A DNA stretch of 64,000 nt from Mesotaenium endlicherianum (lineage: Eukaryota): the NCBI GenBank assembly GCA_009602735.1, contig WELA01001056.1, positions 196,843-260,842 of the forward strand, given 5' to 3'. The position numbers were made by a program, and so were the translations under genes. Below, piece by piece: positions 23,772-38,179 of this stretch. The notes beneath the pieces are model-generated. The model saw only the letters and a program-made list of their open reading frames with translations. It did not search any database and had not been told where the DNA came from. The first letter of the stretch is position 1; every line of letters starts with the position of its first letter.

Positions 23772-26700
23772 CTTCTTGTGCTACCAAAGTGCCTAGCTCC
23801 GATACCACTGTAGTGAAACAGATAGATAAAGTACTTAGTAAAACAGAATACTTTATCTATTCAAGACAAGGATCTTTGAACACAAGTGGTAGCTTCTTGA
23901 AAGAGAGATGGCTTCTTGAAAGTTAATATATTTCTGGATTTTGGCAAGTACAAGAGTGATTCTGGAATGTCTTTCTATGTTCTAGCTCTTGTTTATATAC
24001 TTGCTACATAAGTAATTTCTAGGAAGGTGTATGTTGATGTGTTGGCACCCAACACATCCCAAAACTTGCCACCTCTTTCTAGAATAATGTACACATGTCC
24101 TTTTGACCTAAAAATGGCACATTTGACTTTTGCCACGTGGAGTTCTTCTAGGTCTTTCCTCTAACTTTGATAATGCCTTAGAAGGTTCAAAGGACATGAA
24201 CCAAGTCACTAGAGTACCTATTCACACTTGAATCCTCACAATACTACTCCAAATATATTTGAAAACATTAGAATATATGCAAACTAATATATAATAACTC
24301 AAATCACTACACCGTGAAAGGTAGATTCTCTGTTGACATGAGTAGTTTGTCACCCACATGGAATGTCACTTCCCTCCTGTGCTTGTTGGCATACTTATGT
24401 TGTTCCTCCTGTGCCTTCCGGATACACGTCTTCGCCATATCCCAAGTCTTGGCCATTTGCTCCATAAACGCTTGTGTAGTAGGGACTTGAGTCTCCTTGG
24501 CCTTCTCCAATAAGATGTTCCATGGGTGATATACTTCTCTCCCATAAATCATAGTGAATGGTGACTGCTTGGTTGATCCCTGCATGCTGTTGTTATAGGC
24601 AAACTCCAATCTTGGCAGCTTCTTGTCCCACTCTGAAGGGTCCTCCATAGTGAAACTCCTGAGCACCTCTTGCAGAGTTCTGTTGAGCCTATCACTCCGC
24701 CCGTCTGTCTGAGGGTGATAGGAAGTGCTCATACTTAGCTTGGTCCCCATCAAAGTAAACAGTGACCGCCAGAAGTTGCTAGTAAACAGCGGATCCCGGT
24801 CTGAAACAATCATCTTCGGCAACCCATGTAGCTTGAAAATATGATCAAAGAATAGCCGTGCCACATCTGCTGCCGTAGAAGTCTCCTTCATGGGAATGAA
24901 GTGAGCCATGTTGCTGAGTCTATCAGACACAATCCATACTGCATCGTGTCCTTGACTACTCACTGGTAAAAATGTGATAAAGTCCATAGCAATCTGCTCC
25001 CAAGAGTACTCTGGAATAGGCAGGGGCTGCAATGTACCTCCCTTCTTTTGATTTGGTGTCTTGTTTCTCTGGCACGCATCGCAACTCCTGATCCACTCCT
25101 CGATGTCCTTGTCCATGTTTCTCCTATAGTACTCTCGCTTCAGTACGCTTGCCGTCTTTTCGCTTCCAAAATGTCCAGCATATAAGCAATCATGATGCTC
25201 CGCAAGTAGTAAGTCTCGTAGCTCCTTGATGTCAGGTACCACCACTCTCTTGGAATCACCATAATACCATATGTCGTCCTCCTTCTGCATACTTGAGTTG
25301 GTGATGACTGAGTCCCATGAATGTAGCAGGTGCATTAGCCAAAAGGCATGACCGTGAACTTGAATAATCCATAACGTGTCCTGAAAGCAGTCTTCTGAAC
25401 GTCTCCTTCCGCAATCCGTACCTGGTGATAGCCACTCCTCAAATCGATCTTTGAGAAATACTTTGCCCCGACAAGCCTGTCAATTAACTCGTCCACTCAT
25501 GGAAGTGCGTACCTGTTCTTTATGGTGACCTTGTTGAGTGCCTGGTAGTCAACACACATCCTCATAGTCCCATCCTTCTTCTTCACAAACAAGACTGGCG
25601 CTGCAAATGGAGACTCGCTGGGTCGGATGAATCCCTTCTCCAATAACTCTGCCAGCTGCTTCTTCAACTCGTCCAACTCCGCAAACGATTGACGATAGGC
25701 GGGTCTCACTGGTGGCTTGCTCCCTGGTTCCAACTTGATCTTGTGCTCCATAGCTTTCTGTGGAGGTAATCCTGCAGGTAGCTCCTCAGGAAACACGCAC
25801 TTGAACTCCTCCAACAGCGCCTTAATTTGGGCAGGCATCTTAGCAGGCTTCTTCTCTTGAGCAGTTGGGCTCTGCTCCTTCTGAGCAAGGGGATCAGACA
25901 CCACTACTTGCTCCTCCGGCGATGTAAGTTTGTCCAGGTTGTTAGGATTTACGCTTGCTCCATCTGATGACCTGGCCAGGGCCACCGAAACAAGGTACAT
26001 CTCCTTCACCTGATTCGTCCTGCATAGCTTCTTGACTTGCAGGCTCGACAGAAGACAGTTACTTGTGGTCGTATCTACCTCCACCTGTTTCGCTGTCTCC
26101 ATTCGACCATCACGCCCTTGGAATTTTACTTGTCCTGTGCTCCAGTGCAATTGAGGGTTGGCTTTTTTGAGCCACGGTCGGTCCAATATCACCTTATGGT
26201 GACCCAACTCTGCCTGCTCCATAGCTTCCTTACTCCGGTGCCCCGCTACTTCCACGTGAATAGCTTCCGTAGGTGCACCACACTTGAGTCTCTGCCCATT
26301 CGCCAAAATTGCCTCCTAAAGCTCATAATCCATCCGCACAGGGATTCGCCACTTGAAATGAATCGACTTACCAAATAGGCGATTAACAATTGATGAAGAT
26401 CTTTATATCAGCAGGTAATCTTTATTGGATTTTCTGATAACGAATTAAACAGCAAAAGACAACGTACTAGCAGTTAACAATACTCAGAAGTCAAATGGAA
26501 GTAAACTAGCATCAATAATGCAATCAGTAAACTTATACATAAGCAAGGCTAGGAGACAGCGCATATCAATGGCTTCTCGCCTTGGATTCAGATCCCTCTC
26601 AGTAAGCAGTACAAGAGAGTTGGCCTCGTTTCCGAATGCCGAACTCGAGAGCAATATCTAGCATATGTACATGGAATAAGTTTACTGTTCAACGGCCAGT

Positions 26701-27157
26701 GCGATGGCACCGCCTACCCGGGAGATAACCACGTTGGTAGGAGCTCGATTAACCAAATCCACCGCCATCTCCCATCATCCCGAATCGCCATCTATCCTAA
26801 GGATGTCATCTGGCCATTCATCTAGCACACCACACTTAGATGCCTATGTAGGCAGTTTGCTGCTACCGACTACGGAAGCCAGCTGCCTGTCAAAGAATGT
26901 GTCAGCAAGCTGACCTAAGTTGACTTCAGCCTGCTGCCCACGACTGAGTCATTAAGCTCATTATATAATAAAGTATAGCAGACTCAATATTAACTAAAGT
27001 TCAGCAGGCTGAACTTATTTAAGTATAATATTTAACTGAATATTATATCAACCAATGTACTGATTCATTACAATCCCTCCAACTTATCATGTTATCGCCT
27101 CGGCAACACTAACACTAGTAACAGCGTGCTGTCCTTTCCGTCCCCAGCCTACTGCCA

Positions 27158-28700
27158 TTAGGAGGGAGATGTCCCTGAGGCCCAATACTCAGGGGAGCCA
27201 GACCTCCTCCTGTCTTGGGGTCTCCTGAAGCCTGGGGGATCCGCGTAGGGGCCCCGCGGAGAACGCAGTAACTGGGTTGTTTCCTCCTGCACAGTCTGAA
27301 ACTGAAGGGAGGCAGCCTTCTCCTGGGCAGTCCTCAAAACTGACAGGTACATATACCGGCATCCCAGAAGGATGTTGCATGACAAGAGCCAAGGGCACAT
27401 GCCCTCTTTGCGAGGGAGATGCTGCCAGGCCTCTGACTATCTCCCGAGCAGCCCTCCTGTCTGCCCTGTCTGACTGGGTCTCCGTGCCTGCAGATGGGCT
27501 CTGTCCTCTGGCAGTTCCCAGCCAAGTGGTGTCCTCCTCTTTAGCGAGCTGTTGCAAGGCCATCCAAGTCTTCTCCATTACAGGGGATGTGGCAAGTCAG
27601 CTGCTCTAGCTCTTCCCGAAAAAAAGGGTACCCCACTGACCTTCCCCTTTTGGGTGCCAGTGGAGGCTGTTGAGTCCGGACCGCATATAGGTCCTTTTCT
27701 CCCTGCTTGCTTGCCCATTTGGCATAAGCATGCTTCCCTTCAAAGAATGACTCACGGGCCCTGCTCCTGTCCTCCTGCATTTCTTGGCTCATGCAGTCTC
27801 TTACTCCATCCTGTCTCGGGTCCCAAACTGCAATGTGAGGAGGCAACAGTATGTTCCCCTGTAGGTCTGTTAGGAAATCCTTATCCTTTGCCTTCTCATT
27901 CTGCTGGTCCCTCATGTTGATGGTCATCCACCGCCAATCGATGGGCTTCTGGAAAAAGGCAGGGTCTGTCCTTTTCAGGGTGCACGGGTACCAGTGCCCT
28001 GCAAAGTCCAACTGACTAGTTTCCCTTGCCAAGAACTCCCAGCTTCTCCTCTCCACCTCATTACATGGCCTTGAACCGATTATGGGGTGTAGAGTCCTTA
28101 AAGCTGTCCGCATCCATAGGGATCATCCTGATGACCCTATCCTTTCCCCAGATACCTGGGATCGATACAGCTCCTGTCTCATTCACTTGGGCCATTGCCT
28201 TGGCCTCTCTGACTGTATACTCTACCATCCTGGCATAATCGTGGTAGAGGAGTAGCCCTGTGCTGACCTCGATATACTTGTCAAAGTGTTGGGATGTCTC
28301 CCCTTCCCTCTGCAGGATGTCCTGCTGTGCCTCACTGCGACTTCTCTGGGCGTACTTGAAGGCCTCCTCCAGTAGATCAAAGCCCTTTCCCACTACTGTG
28401 TAGCGGTAGGTGCTGATTCTCCTCTGTTGTTCTTCTTCAGCCTGCTGCTTCCGCCTCTCCTCGGCTTGCCTCTCCTCTTCCGCCTTCTTGGCCTCCTCTG
28501 CAGCTTTTCTGTCCAGTTCTTCCTACCTCAACCTGGCTTGCTCCTCCTCCTCCTTCTTCTTCTGTGCCTCCCGCTGTTGTTGGAGTCGTTGTGATTCCCG
28601 AGCGGAGATGGAGGACGATTCGATGTCGCCACGGAATTGCAAGTACTGCATGTGCCTCTTCCGCTCTTCTCTTCCTCTTAAGTTCCGACTTTTGGATCAT
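27158..28700 (-). pseudogene. A3 accessory ORF, frameshifted and diverged
   Basis: YRYTVVG, DYARMV.YT, NEVERRSWE.LARE, DWRWMT, LPPHIA.WDPR, QHPSGMPVYV, RSPRGP shared with 4555-6231. Confidence 0.85.
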
Positions 28701-29058
28701 CCTGCTCAATCATAAACATAATGCAGTCAGTGGAGTCATGATACTTTGCCGCTACTGAGCGCCCGTGGTTAAGAAGAACGTGATAGGGATAGTCCTTAGT
28801 GTGTAGTACCTTGTGTGAGTGAGTAAAAAAGAGAACTGAGTTAGAGAGAAAAATTGAGTATGAGCGCAGGTTGAGTGTGTAGAGTGGTTACAAAAATTTG
28901 CCTGGCTGATCTCGAAACGGAAGACACTCCCTCCAACTTAATTTTAAGGTGGGATGCCTGTCACAACTGTCACTATCTGTCACTAATTGTCACATTCGCC
29001 TCCGACTTATATGGAGACAGGACCTCCTGTCACCTGTCCATGGCCACTGAAATGACAG

Positions 29059-32000
29059 TTAGGGAGGGGTGCCAGCCGCCCGAAGGTGGAACCGTTTCAA
29101 CGCCCCTTTGGCATTGGTCAGCTGGTCTTTAAATTCCCAAGTGTCTCCAGAGGCGTCGTAACCCTTCCATCTGACCAGATACTTCATGACATATTTAGAT
29201 GAGCGACAAACAGAGCGAGCGTCTAAAATCTCCTTGACCTCATATTCCTCAGGGTCACCATCCCGGACAGCGAGGACCGGTCTCGATTGGACAGGTAACC
29301 GACCTGTGAACAGTGTGTCACCTTTGATGTATGGTTCCAGGAAGGAGATATTAAAGACCAGGTGGCCCTTATATTCTGCTGACATGTTCGGTTTGTAAGC
29401 ATTCTGACCGACACGGCGCACCACCGAACATGGACCAACCCAGACAGGACCAAGCTTTTTCTTGACCACACCAGGTAGGTATAGGTGCTGAGAATGCAGT
29501 TTGACCAAATCGCCCTTAGTAAATATCAGTTCACGACGGTGCTGATTAGCGTATTTTTGTTGGTTTGTCTGGGCTTTGTGCAGGTTCTGTTGGACTTCTG
29601 ACAGGGTGTCAGCAAACTCCTGTGTTAACTGGAGGAAGACCGGATTGTCAATCCCTTCAGGGGAGTTAAAGACTCCCCCAGTACATCTAAAGGAGACTTA
29701 GGGACTCTACCCAGGCTGAGTTCAAAAGGAGTCTTGCCCGTTGACGCGTGCACCGCACTGTTGACCGCAAACTGGATTTGAGGTAACAGGTCACCCCAAT
29801 TATCTTGTTTTTGGTTAATACATGCTCTCAGTACCTCTTGCAGAACTCGGTTAGTTCTTTCAATCTGCCCATCAGTCTGAGGGTGGTTTGCTGTGCTGAG
29901 CAGTTGTTTGACTCCCATTAACCCCATTAAAGCTCTCCAGAACTTAGAGGTAAATTTCGAGTCTCTGTCTGAGATGATATTAGAGGGTAGCCCATGTTGG
30001 CATCCTACATGGTTGTAGAATTGTCTCACTGTTTCGAGTGCAGTTACTTTGACAGTTGTGGGGATAAAGATGACAATTTTTGTCAGTTTATCCACTACTA
30101 CCAGTATCGAATCATGCCCATTGGCAGTTCTTGGTAGTGTTACCACCCAGTCCATGGATATTGTTTCCCAGCGGCCAGCTGGGATGGGCAGCGATTGTAA
30201 GAGGCCCCCCGGTGGTGTGTGCCTAGACTTATTCCATTGGCACTGGTCACAAGATTTAACATATTTCAAGACCTCTCGAGGTAATCCCTCCCAATGATAA
30301 TGTTTTGCCAGTTTGCCAACAGTTTTGGCCTGCCCCAAATACCCACCCAGTAAACTGTCATAAGCTTGACTCACTAAAAGGGACCTTATTTCCAAGTTAT
30401 TAGGAATGACCAGCTTGAGCCTGCCTGAAGTGGTTTCAGTTACCCACACCCCACCCTTAAGTCTATACCCGAGAGCAGTAGCAGGACACACACCATCAGT
30501 GGGGCTGGGCTCAAATGTTGGGTCAGAAAGGTAGGCTTTCCTAAGTTGTTCAAGGAAGGACTTTTTCACCTTTAGTGAAGTGAGTGCACACAGGACTTTA
30601 TCTACAGCATGCTGACTAAAGTTCCTTCATTGCAAGTCAGGTCTTCTAGAGAGTGCATCAGCAGGATTCAACTTTCCTGGTTTGTAGTCGATCTGGACTT
30701 GAAACTGCTGCAGCATCTGGCTCCAGCGGTTCTCCCTCCTCGACAGCTTGAACTTCTTCTGAAAGTGAGTCAGAGCTAGATGATCTGTAATCACCTTATA
30801 CGCTTTTCCATGTAAGTATGCTCTCCACTGTTTGAGCACATGAATGTTTGCTAGCAGCTCTTTATCATGCACAGAGTAATTAATCTCAGCCGGATTAAAT
30901 TTCATAGACTCATACAACACAGGATGCCACTCCTGCTTTACCGTACCATCCTTTGTGGTTTTGTCAGCAGGCTGCAACAAAATAGCACCCATGGCAAAGT
31001 CAGAGGCATCAGTAACCACCTGCACAGGGCTGCTGGGGTCATACACAGCTAGCACTGGGGCAAAACAAAGAGCATCTTTAAGGGTCAAGAAGGCAGCCTG
31101 CTGCTCTTCCCCCCATACATACCCGATGTCTTTCTTGGTAAGGTCAATCAATTTACTGGCCTTCATAGAATAATTCTCCATAAATCTTCGATAGTAGTTA
31201 GCCAAACCAGGGAAGGATCTAACTTTGGAGACGGGTTGTGGTGCAGGCCAATCCCTTATGGTCTGGACCTTCTTAACATCCACACTGATGCCCTCTTTGT
31301 TGACAACATGGCCTAGAAATTCAATACTTTCTTTGAAGAAATCACACTTGCTCATTTTAGCATACAACTGGTTCCTTCTCAGAGTGTCCATGACTGTTTT
31401 TAAGTGTTCAGCATGCTGAGCTTCATTCTTAGAGAAAATTAAAATATCATCCAGGAAGACTTGCACAAACTTATCCAAGTTAGGTCTGAAAATGTCATTT
31501 ATAACACCCATGAAGGTTGCAGGAGCATTGGTCAGTCCGAATGGCATCACGTTGAACTCACAGTGTCCATAACGTGTGCGAAAGGCAGTCTTGTGTTCAT
31601 CCCCCTCAGCAATTTTGATTTGATGATAACCACTCTTAAGATCTATCTTACTGAACACTTTAGCACCAGACAGGGTATCAAGCAAGTCCTCGATTCTGGG
31701 TAAAGCATACTTGTTCTTTATTGTAATTCTGTCAAGAGCTCTGTAATCAACACACATCCGCATACTCCCATCCTTTTTCTTAACAAAGAGGATGGGTGCA
31801 CCATAAGGTGATTTACTGGAGGAAATGTAACCATTTTTCTCAAGCTTTGCAATCTGTGTTTTCAACTCTGCGCTCTCCACATGCGACAAGCCATAAGTGC
31901 GTTGCCAGGGTGGCTGACGCCCAAGTAATAAGAATCCTGTGATCCACTTCCCTCTTAGGAGGTAATCCTGGAGGCATATTGAAAACATCAGTGTACTGAG

Positions 32001-34320
32001 CAACAATTTTTGCAGCAGTGGGGTGCTCCGGAGGGCTTACCTTTTTCTCAACCACTTCTTCAGATTGAGGAGTTACCTCTCTTAGCAGTAGACAGCACAT
32101 GCTGTCTTCCTTCTGGTTCCAGCTGTCGATGAACTCCATTGCATTCAGCAATTTGCATCCTCCCGGAAGCCTCTCCATTTCCTTCATTTGCCATCCATAC
32201 AGGATAAGAGGAAGAGCACTGGTGGGTGCCAAGTTAGTCTGCCCATCACTGGCTCCTCTCACTTTAACTGTACCTCTACCCACTTCAGCTTGATGTCTAT
32301 TAAGCCAGGACCTGCCTAGCACGAGATCATAGAAGCCAGTGTTGAGTACCTCAAATGTAAGCGTTTCTGTTAGAATTGCAATGCCAGAACCTAACTGGAC
32401 CTCAATAGGCTTGGTTATAACTCCTCCCGGGATACTTGAGGCATCTCCAAGGAATATTTTTCTATTCCCTTGGGTGACAGTAGGCAGCCTTAGCCGCTTA
32501 ACTAAGTCCTTGTGGATGAAAGTATGTGACGCCCCTCCGTCAACAAATGCCCTCACCTTCCTACCTGCAATCATGCAATGCAGTAGGATAGGGGGGACTG
32601 TCTTTTCCTGACTTTCGCATTGNACATTGTTCTCCTGACTTAGCAAAGAAATGTTGGACATCAGATGGAACAAGATCATCCAGAGTGTGCACTCTCTGGA
32701 GATCTATATTGCTGATGGTCTCCTTTATTTGGTTGTCAGGCATGCATAGTGAATCCAGTTCAGCAGGACCCATAATACCTGCTACGAGGGCAGCTAGTGA
32801 CGACTCACTATCTCTAGCATCCTCACAGTCAGTAGACTGGATTACTGACTGTTGCTGTCTTTTAAAGGCTGGTCTTTTCTCTCGACTTTTGGGAGGTGCT
32901 TGTCTGAACACTGCTCTCTGAAGTGACCTGGCTGCTGGCAATGGAAGCAAATCGATTCTGCTGAGGCTGGTCTCGGCTTAGTCCTACCACCACCTCTTCC
33001 ATAGCCGCCTCGAGAGAAACCACCTCTCCCCCTAGACTGCATAGCATTGTACTCATACCCATATTCATCACCCTGATCATCCTCAGCCTGGTCTCCTTCG
33101 ATTGCATTGTAGGAACTGTGGGGCTTTTTGACGACCTTAGACACCAAAGCATTACTCTGGCGCTTGTCATTGAACTGCTGCTGATCCCAGGCATCAGCAT
33201 CCTGTATCAAGTCAGCCAGTTTTTCATACTTCTTTTCAGCAAAATGACCAGAGATTTCGGATTTCAAGCCATACCTGAAGTATGCTATCCTTTACCGCTC
33301 TGGCAAGTCTGGCTGCTTCATCATGTTCTCCTGGAACTTTTGAGCAAACTCAGCAACTGAAGTGGTCTGCTTCAGTGTTAAGGAGATCATCGCATAGATA
33401 GCTTTCTCCTGCTGGTTATTCACATCAAACTTCTCATGCAGTTTCTCGACGAACTCTACCCAAGTAGGGTCACCGAGTTGTTGAGCTTTACGCTCTCCTT
33501 TCCAGTACAACCACCAGTCTGCTGCACTGCCTTTCAGTAGAGCAACGGTGTGCCTGAACCTCCCGTGATCTTGCAATTCTGGGTAGTTCTCCAGCCACTG
33601 CTCAACATCAGCGAGAAACTTGATCAGGTAATACTTTTTGTTACCCTCAGGATCATAATCCTGGGGAGGTTTCGGCTTGGGCTTACTAGGCCCTCTGCCA
33701 CCACCACCCGTGGTTTGAGAACCCAATTGGTCTCGATCTCGCAATAGAGAGATGATGATTCTTTTGTCCTCCTGTTGGGACTGATACATGCTCGCCATTT
33801 GCGATTGCATTTGCACGAACAATGCTCCCAAATCCACATTCTGAGGTGGGAGTCTAGCAAATGCAGCAATAGCAACAGCATCAACTCGCTGAGTAGTGTC
33901 CTCAACAGCCCCTCTCGCTCCTGCAGCAGCAATTTCTGCCGCATTCAGCCGGTCACAACTTTGACCTAGGGGCACATTGAGTTGTACAGCAGGAGGTGGG
34001 TTCAAAACATTGGCCTTTGATGCCATAAGTTCTTTGACAGTGCGGTCGTCCACTGGCTGTCCCTCCCTCCTTTCTGTATCTTCAGCAGCCTTTGCTAATC
34101 GTTCAACTTCTAATCTGGCTCTCTCCTCCTCAGCCCGCTGTGCTGCAACTGCGGCAATAGCAGCTGCCTCATCTGCAGTCTCTCTAGCTGCAGTATCTGC
34201 CACTGCTTCAGAATAGATACGAGTTCCCGCTACATGGCTTTCAGCCTGATTTTTGACATTCTCGTTGTCCTGGTTCTCCATGTCTTGGGAGTTGCAAGTT
34301 TGAGACCTTGTCCTTACCAT
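29059..34320 (-). pseudogene. A3 gag-pol with premature stops and frameshifts
   Basis: Fragmented ORFs colinear and highly similar to A1/A2. Confidence 0.93.
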
Positions 34321-37300
34321 ACAAAGAAGAGTGTGATAATTGCTTCGATACCACTGAAATGAATCGACTTACCAAATAGGCGATTAACAATTGATGAAGA
34401 TCTTTATATCAGCAAGTAATCTTTATTGGATTTTCTGATAACGGATTAAACAGCAAAAGACAACGTACTAGCAGTTGACAATACTCGGAAGTCAAATGGA
34501 AGTAAACTAGCATCAATAATGCAATCAGTAGACTCACACATAAGCAAGGCTAGGAGACAGTGCATATCAATGGCTTTCTGCCTTGGATTCAGATCTCTCT
34601 CAGTAAGCTGTACAAGAGAGTTGGCCTCGTTTTCAAATGCCCAACTCGAGAGCAATACCTAGCATATGTACATGGAATGAGTTTACTGTTCAACGGCTAG
34701 TGCGATGGCACCGCCTACCCGGGAGTTAACCACGTTGGTAGGAGCTCGGTTAACCAAATCCACCGCCATCTCCCATCATCCCGAATCGCCATCCATCCTA
34801 AGGATGTCATCTGGTCATTCATCTAGCACACCACATTTAGATGCATATCTAGGCAGTTCGTTGCTATCGACTACGGAAGCCAGCTGGCTGTCAAAGAATG
34901 TGTCAGCAAGCTGACCTAAGTAGACTTCAGCCTGCTGCTTTCGGCTGAGTCATTAAGCTGATTATTTAATAAAGTCCAGCAGACTCAATATTAACTAAAG
35001 TTCAGCAGGCTGAACTTATTTAAGTATAATATTTAAATGAATATTATATCAACCAATATACTGATTCATGTCACCACTCTTTCAACAGCTTCTTGTGCAC
35101 AAAATTTGCACTTGCGCCACTATCGACTATACACTTTGCCTTGTTGCCGTCGACTACTCCTTCCACAATGATAGGCTCGTCAACGTCTCACCTTTCGCTT
35201 CTGGGCAGGCTCCTGGAGATAACCTCCTTGTGAGTTCTCGCTTCACGCCAGTAGACACCCCAGAACGACTTACTGGCGTCCTCCTTTTTCCTGCGTTGAT
35301 GTTGCTTTGCTTTCACATGACAATCTCGAGCCAGATGCCCAAGCTTGCCACAATTATGAAAGGGTCCTCTCGGCTTGTAATTTTGTTGTCTGTGCTGGTT
35401 TTGAAGAAGCCCCAACTCCATAGGTACTGGACCTTGTCCACTCGTGCTTGGCGCTTGAGATCCAAAGTGTCGATGTCCTCCAAAGTTGTGGCTGCCCCAC
35501 TGCCTTTAACTATACTCCACACCGTCGACCCTTGTTGCCAATGCCATCATTTCTCCAAGACTGGTAGGGTCCTTGAGCGCCACTTCCTTGGCCACAGTTG
35601 GCTTGAGTCCCCTCTTGACTTTGTCCATCATCTCCAACTCGTGCATGGATGGACATTGAAGCACCAGCTCGTTGAAGCGCAATACATACTCCTGAACGCT
35701 TCCTTGTTGACGAAGGCGCACCAATAGATCTCGAGCAGTATCCTCGGGTGCGATAGGTTGAAATTGCCTCTTCAAGCCTTCAAAGAGCTGATCAACAGTA
35801 GCAAGGACTCCAGACAGCTGCTCTTGTTGCTCATACCAAGCTCCAGCACTCTTCGTCAACAGAGTAATCACAAAGGCGACTTGCCTGTTGGGCGTGAGCG
35901 CAGAATACTCCATAAACTTCCTCACTCCAAAAATTCATTGATGAACAAGCGGCAATCCACGCTCTCCAGTGTACACTTCAGGCTTAGGCGCACGCACTCC
36001 CGATGCGGGTGGAATACCTGGTTGCACCATTGGATTAACATGGATTGGTGGTACAACGGGTGTAGGTGCCGAACTCGTCGAAGCGGCATTTCCAACAACA
36101 ACTTGCACCATCCTCTCCACCTCCGCGCGCATATTGTGTTGAAACTGGACGTAGACTTCTCCTCCAATTGCATTCGCCATTTGCCTTAGCATCGTCTGCA
36201 TCTCTTGTTGCTCTCTGGCCATCGTTGGTGCTGCCTGCTGCCCCGCGCGCTCAACATGCTTGACATGTTCGCCTCCTCCGGCTGCCGGCTGCGACTCCAT
36301 AATATAATATAATTAGCCCAGCTCCGATACCAGATGAAAGGGGCAGAGTGCCTTAGTGGAAGCGTAGTAACTCACGAGGAAAGGAACTAGTTGCAATTAT
36401 ACTAAAGAGTGCAGCGGCATATCACTAACAAAGCTTAGGAAATGTACTCAACATCTTGAGTTGCAAGAAACTGCTCACAAATGACGTAGGATGGAAGACC
36501 TTGTCATTACAAACTCGTAGACATTTACAAAAGTGAAAATTGATAAGGAATGAAGTAGTTATGCCTATTTATAGTATTCTGACCCAAATCCTTCTCTCTA
36601 GACGGGAGGGCCGCTTAGCAACGGATTTTTCTAAGTGTTTGTCAAATCGTCCCTTCCAGAATATTCGTGAGTAAGCCAGATCAGTCTCATCTGACGTGCC
36701 GGGTTGATATCCACATGCATGCATCAAAATATCTAGAATATTCTATCTTAGGCGCGCTAGGCTAAACAAAAAATTCTAGGTAAATTGACCTAGTCGGCAC
36801 TCCGCGTCAGCCGAACTTACGTGAAGGTTTGAGTTCACTCTAACGGGCCAGATCGCTCGACGCTGTCGGTCAGTCCGACGGTCGCGCTCACCGCGAATTA
36901 AGTACTCGTGAAAGAAATAAAAAGTACTCAAATCAGATAGTCTTTGACAATATGACGAAGTTACAGCGCTCGATGAAGTAGTGGTCTACCTTGCGGAACA
37001 GTATGTCATGGTGCAGTAGTAACGATTCTATATTGTGGGCCAAATTGAAAAAAAGACGTAAAGTATTGTGAAAGAAGAGAGGGAGAGAGAGTGACTCAGT
37101 GAGAAAGAGAGAGAAAGAGAGGGAGAGAGAGTACTTGGAGTGAAACAGATAGATGAAGTGTTTAGTAAAATAAAATACTTCATTTATTCAAGTCTCAAGA
37201 CAAGGATCTTTGTACACAAGTGGTAGCTTCTTGGGAGAGAGATGATTTCTCGAAGGTTAGTGTATTTTTGGAAATTGGCAAGCACAAAATTGATTCTAGA

Positions 37301-38179
37301 TTGCTTCGAGTCACCACCTAGGGCACTGGTTCATGTTCCATGAAAACGGTCGAAGGGACGTGTCCCATTTGGCCAAATGCTCGAAACGCGCAGTTGGCCG
37401 TTTGGAGACTTTTCGACGGTTTCCGAATAACCGTTTCGCGCCAAACGGGCGTTTTCGCGTTCTCGCGACTTTCCGAAAAAGTCGCGATTAATCGCGGAGT
37501 CGCGTACACATGCTCTCGTCATGAACCGGTAATTTAAAAAGCTACTTTGGCCAATCGGTTGGGTGTGAACGTTTCAAACGAAGGTCGCGGGTTCGAATCC
37601 GCTCGGATGCAAAGCGACTTTGCATATTTCGTTTCGTTTGACTTTACGACTGTTTGTTCGCATTAATGATACGACAGTTTCTTCGTATTACGACTAGTCG
37701 TAACCCGAAATCTGTGATTGTCCATCATTCGTAATAATGACAATCAAAATAACTTAATCAAACAATGATTAATTAAATTATCATCTCATAATTATTCAAA
37801 GTAACTTTATGAGTAATTATGTCGCAGTTTTGCGAAGTAGTCAAATTACTTTACGACGCTTTTTGCAATAGTATCTCGGTCGTTTCGCGAATCGACCGGG
37901 AATTAATCGGCACACGTGTGTGGCGAATAATTCAATGTGATGCAATCATTTATCAAATAACTTATGATAAATAGTATAACGTATTTTAGGTAATTGGGAA
38001 AACGTCCCAAATACGCCTAAAAAGCTCAAATCGTTACACTCCTCCCCCCTTAAAAGAACTTAACGTCCTCGTTAAGCGTACGTCTTTTAAGTCGTAGATG
38101 TGTCGATACTAGCCTTGACTAGCGGAAAACACTGGTGAGCGATTGGACTATGCATCATCACAGTGACGGAAAAGAGCGA

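Larger units (their letters stand above)
18904..24311 (-). mobile_element. Family B chromovirus; 5' LTR 23809-24311, no matching 3' LTR found
   Basis: LTR TGTAGTGA...TCACTACA (503 bp), PBS 23796-23807; inserted into the integrase of C2. Confidence 0.9.
26354..35073 (-). mobile_element. Full-length degenerate family A copy A3 with 5-bp TSD CCACT
   Basis: LTRs 26354-27072 and 34355-35073; CCACT at 26349-26353 and 35074-35078. Confidence 0.95.
24312..36903 (-). mobile_element. Degenerate family C copy C2, split by A3 and cut by B
   Basis: LTR from 36335, PBS 36321-36332, broken gag 36300-35188, protease IVDSGASANF continuous across the A3 insertion, RT and integrase 26348-24312. Confidence 0.88.
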
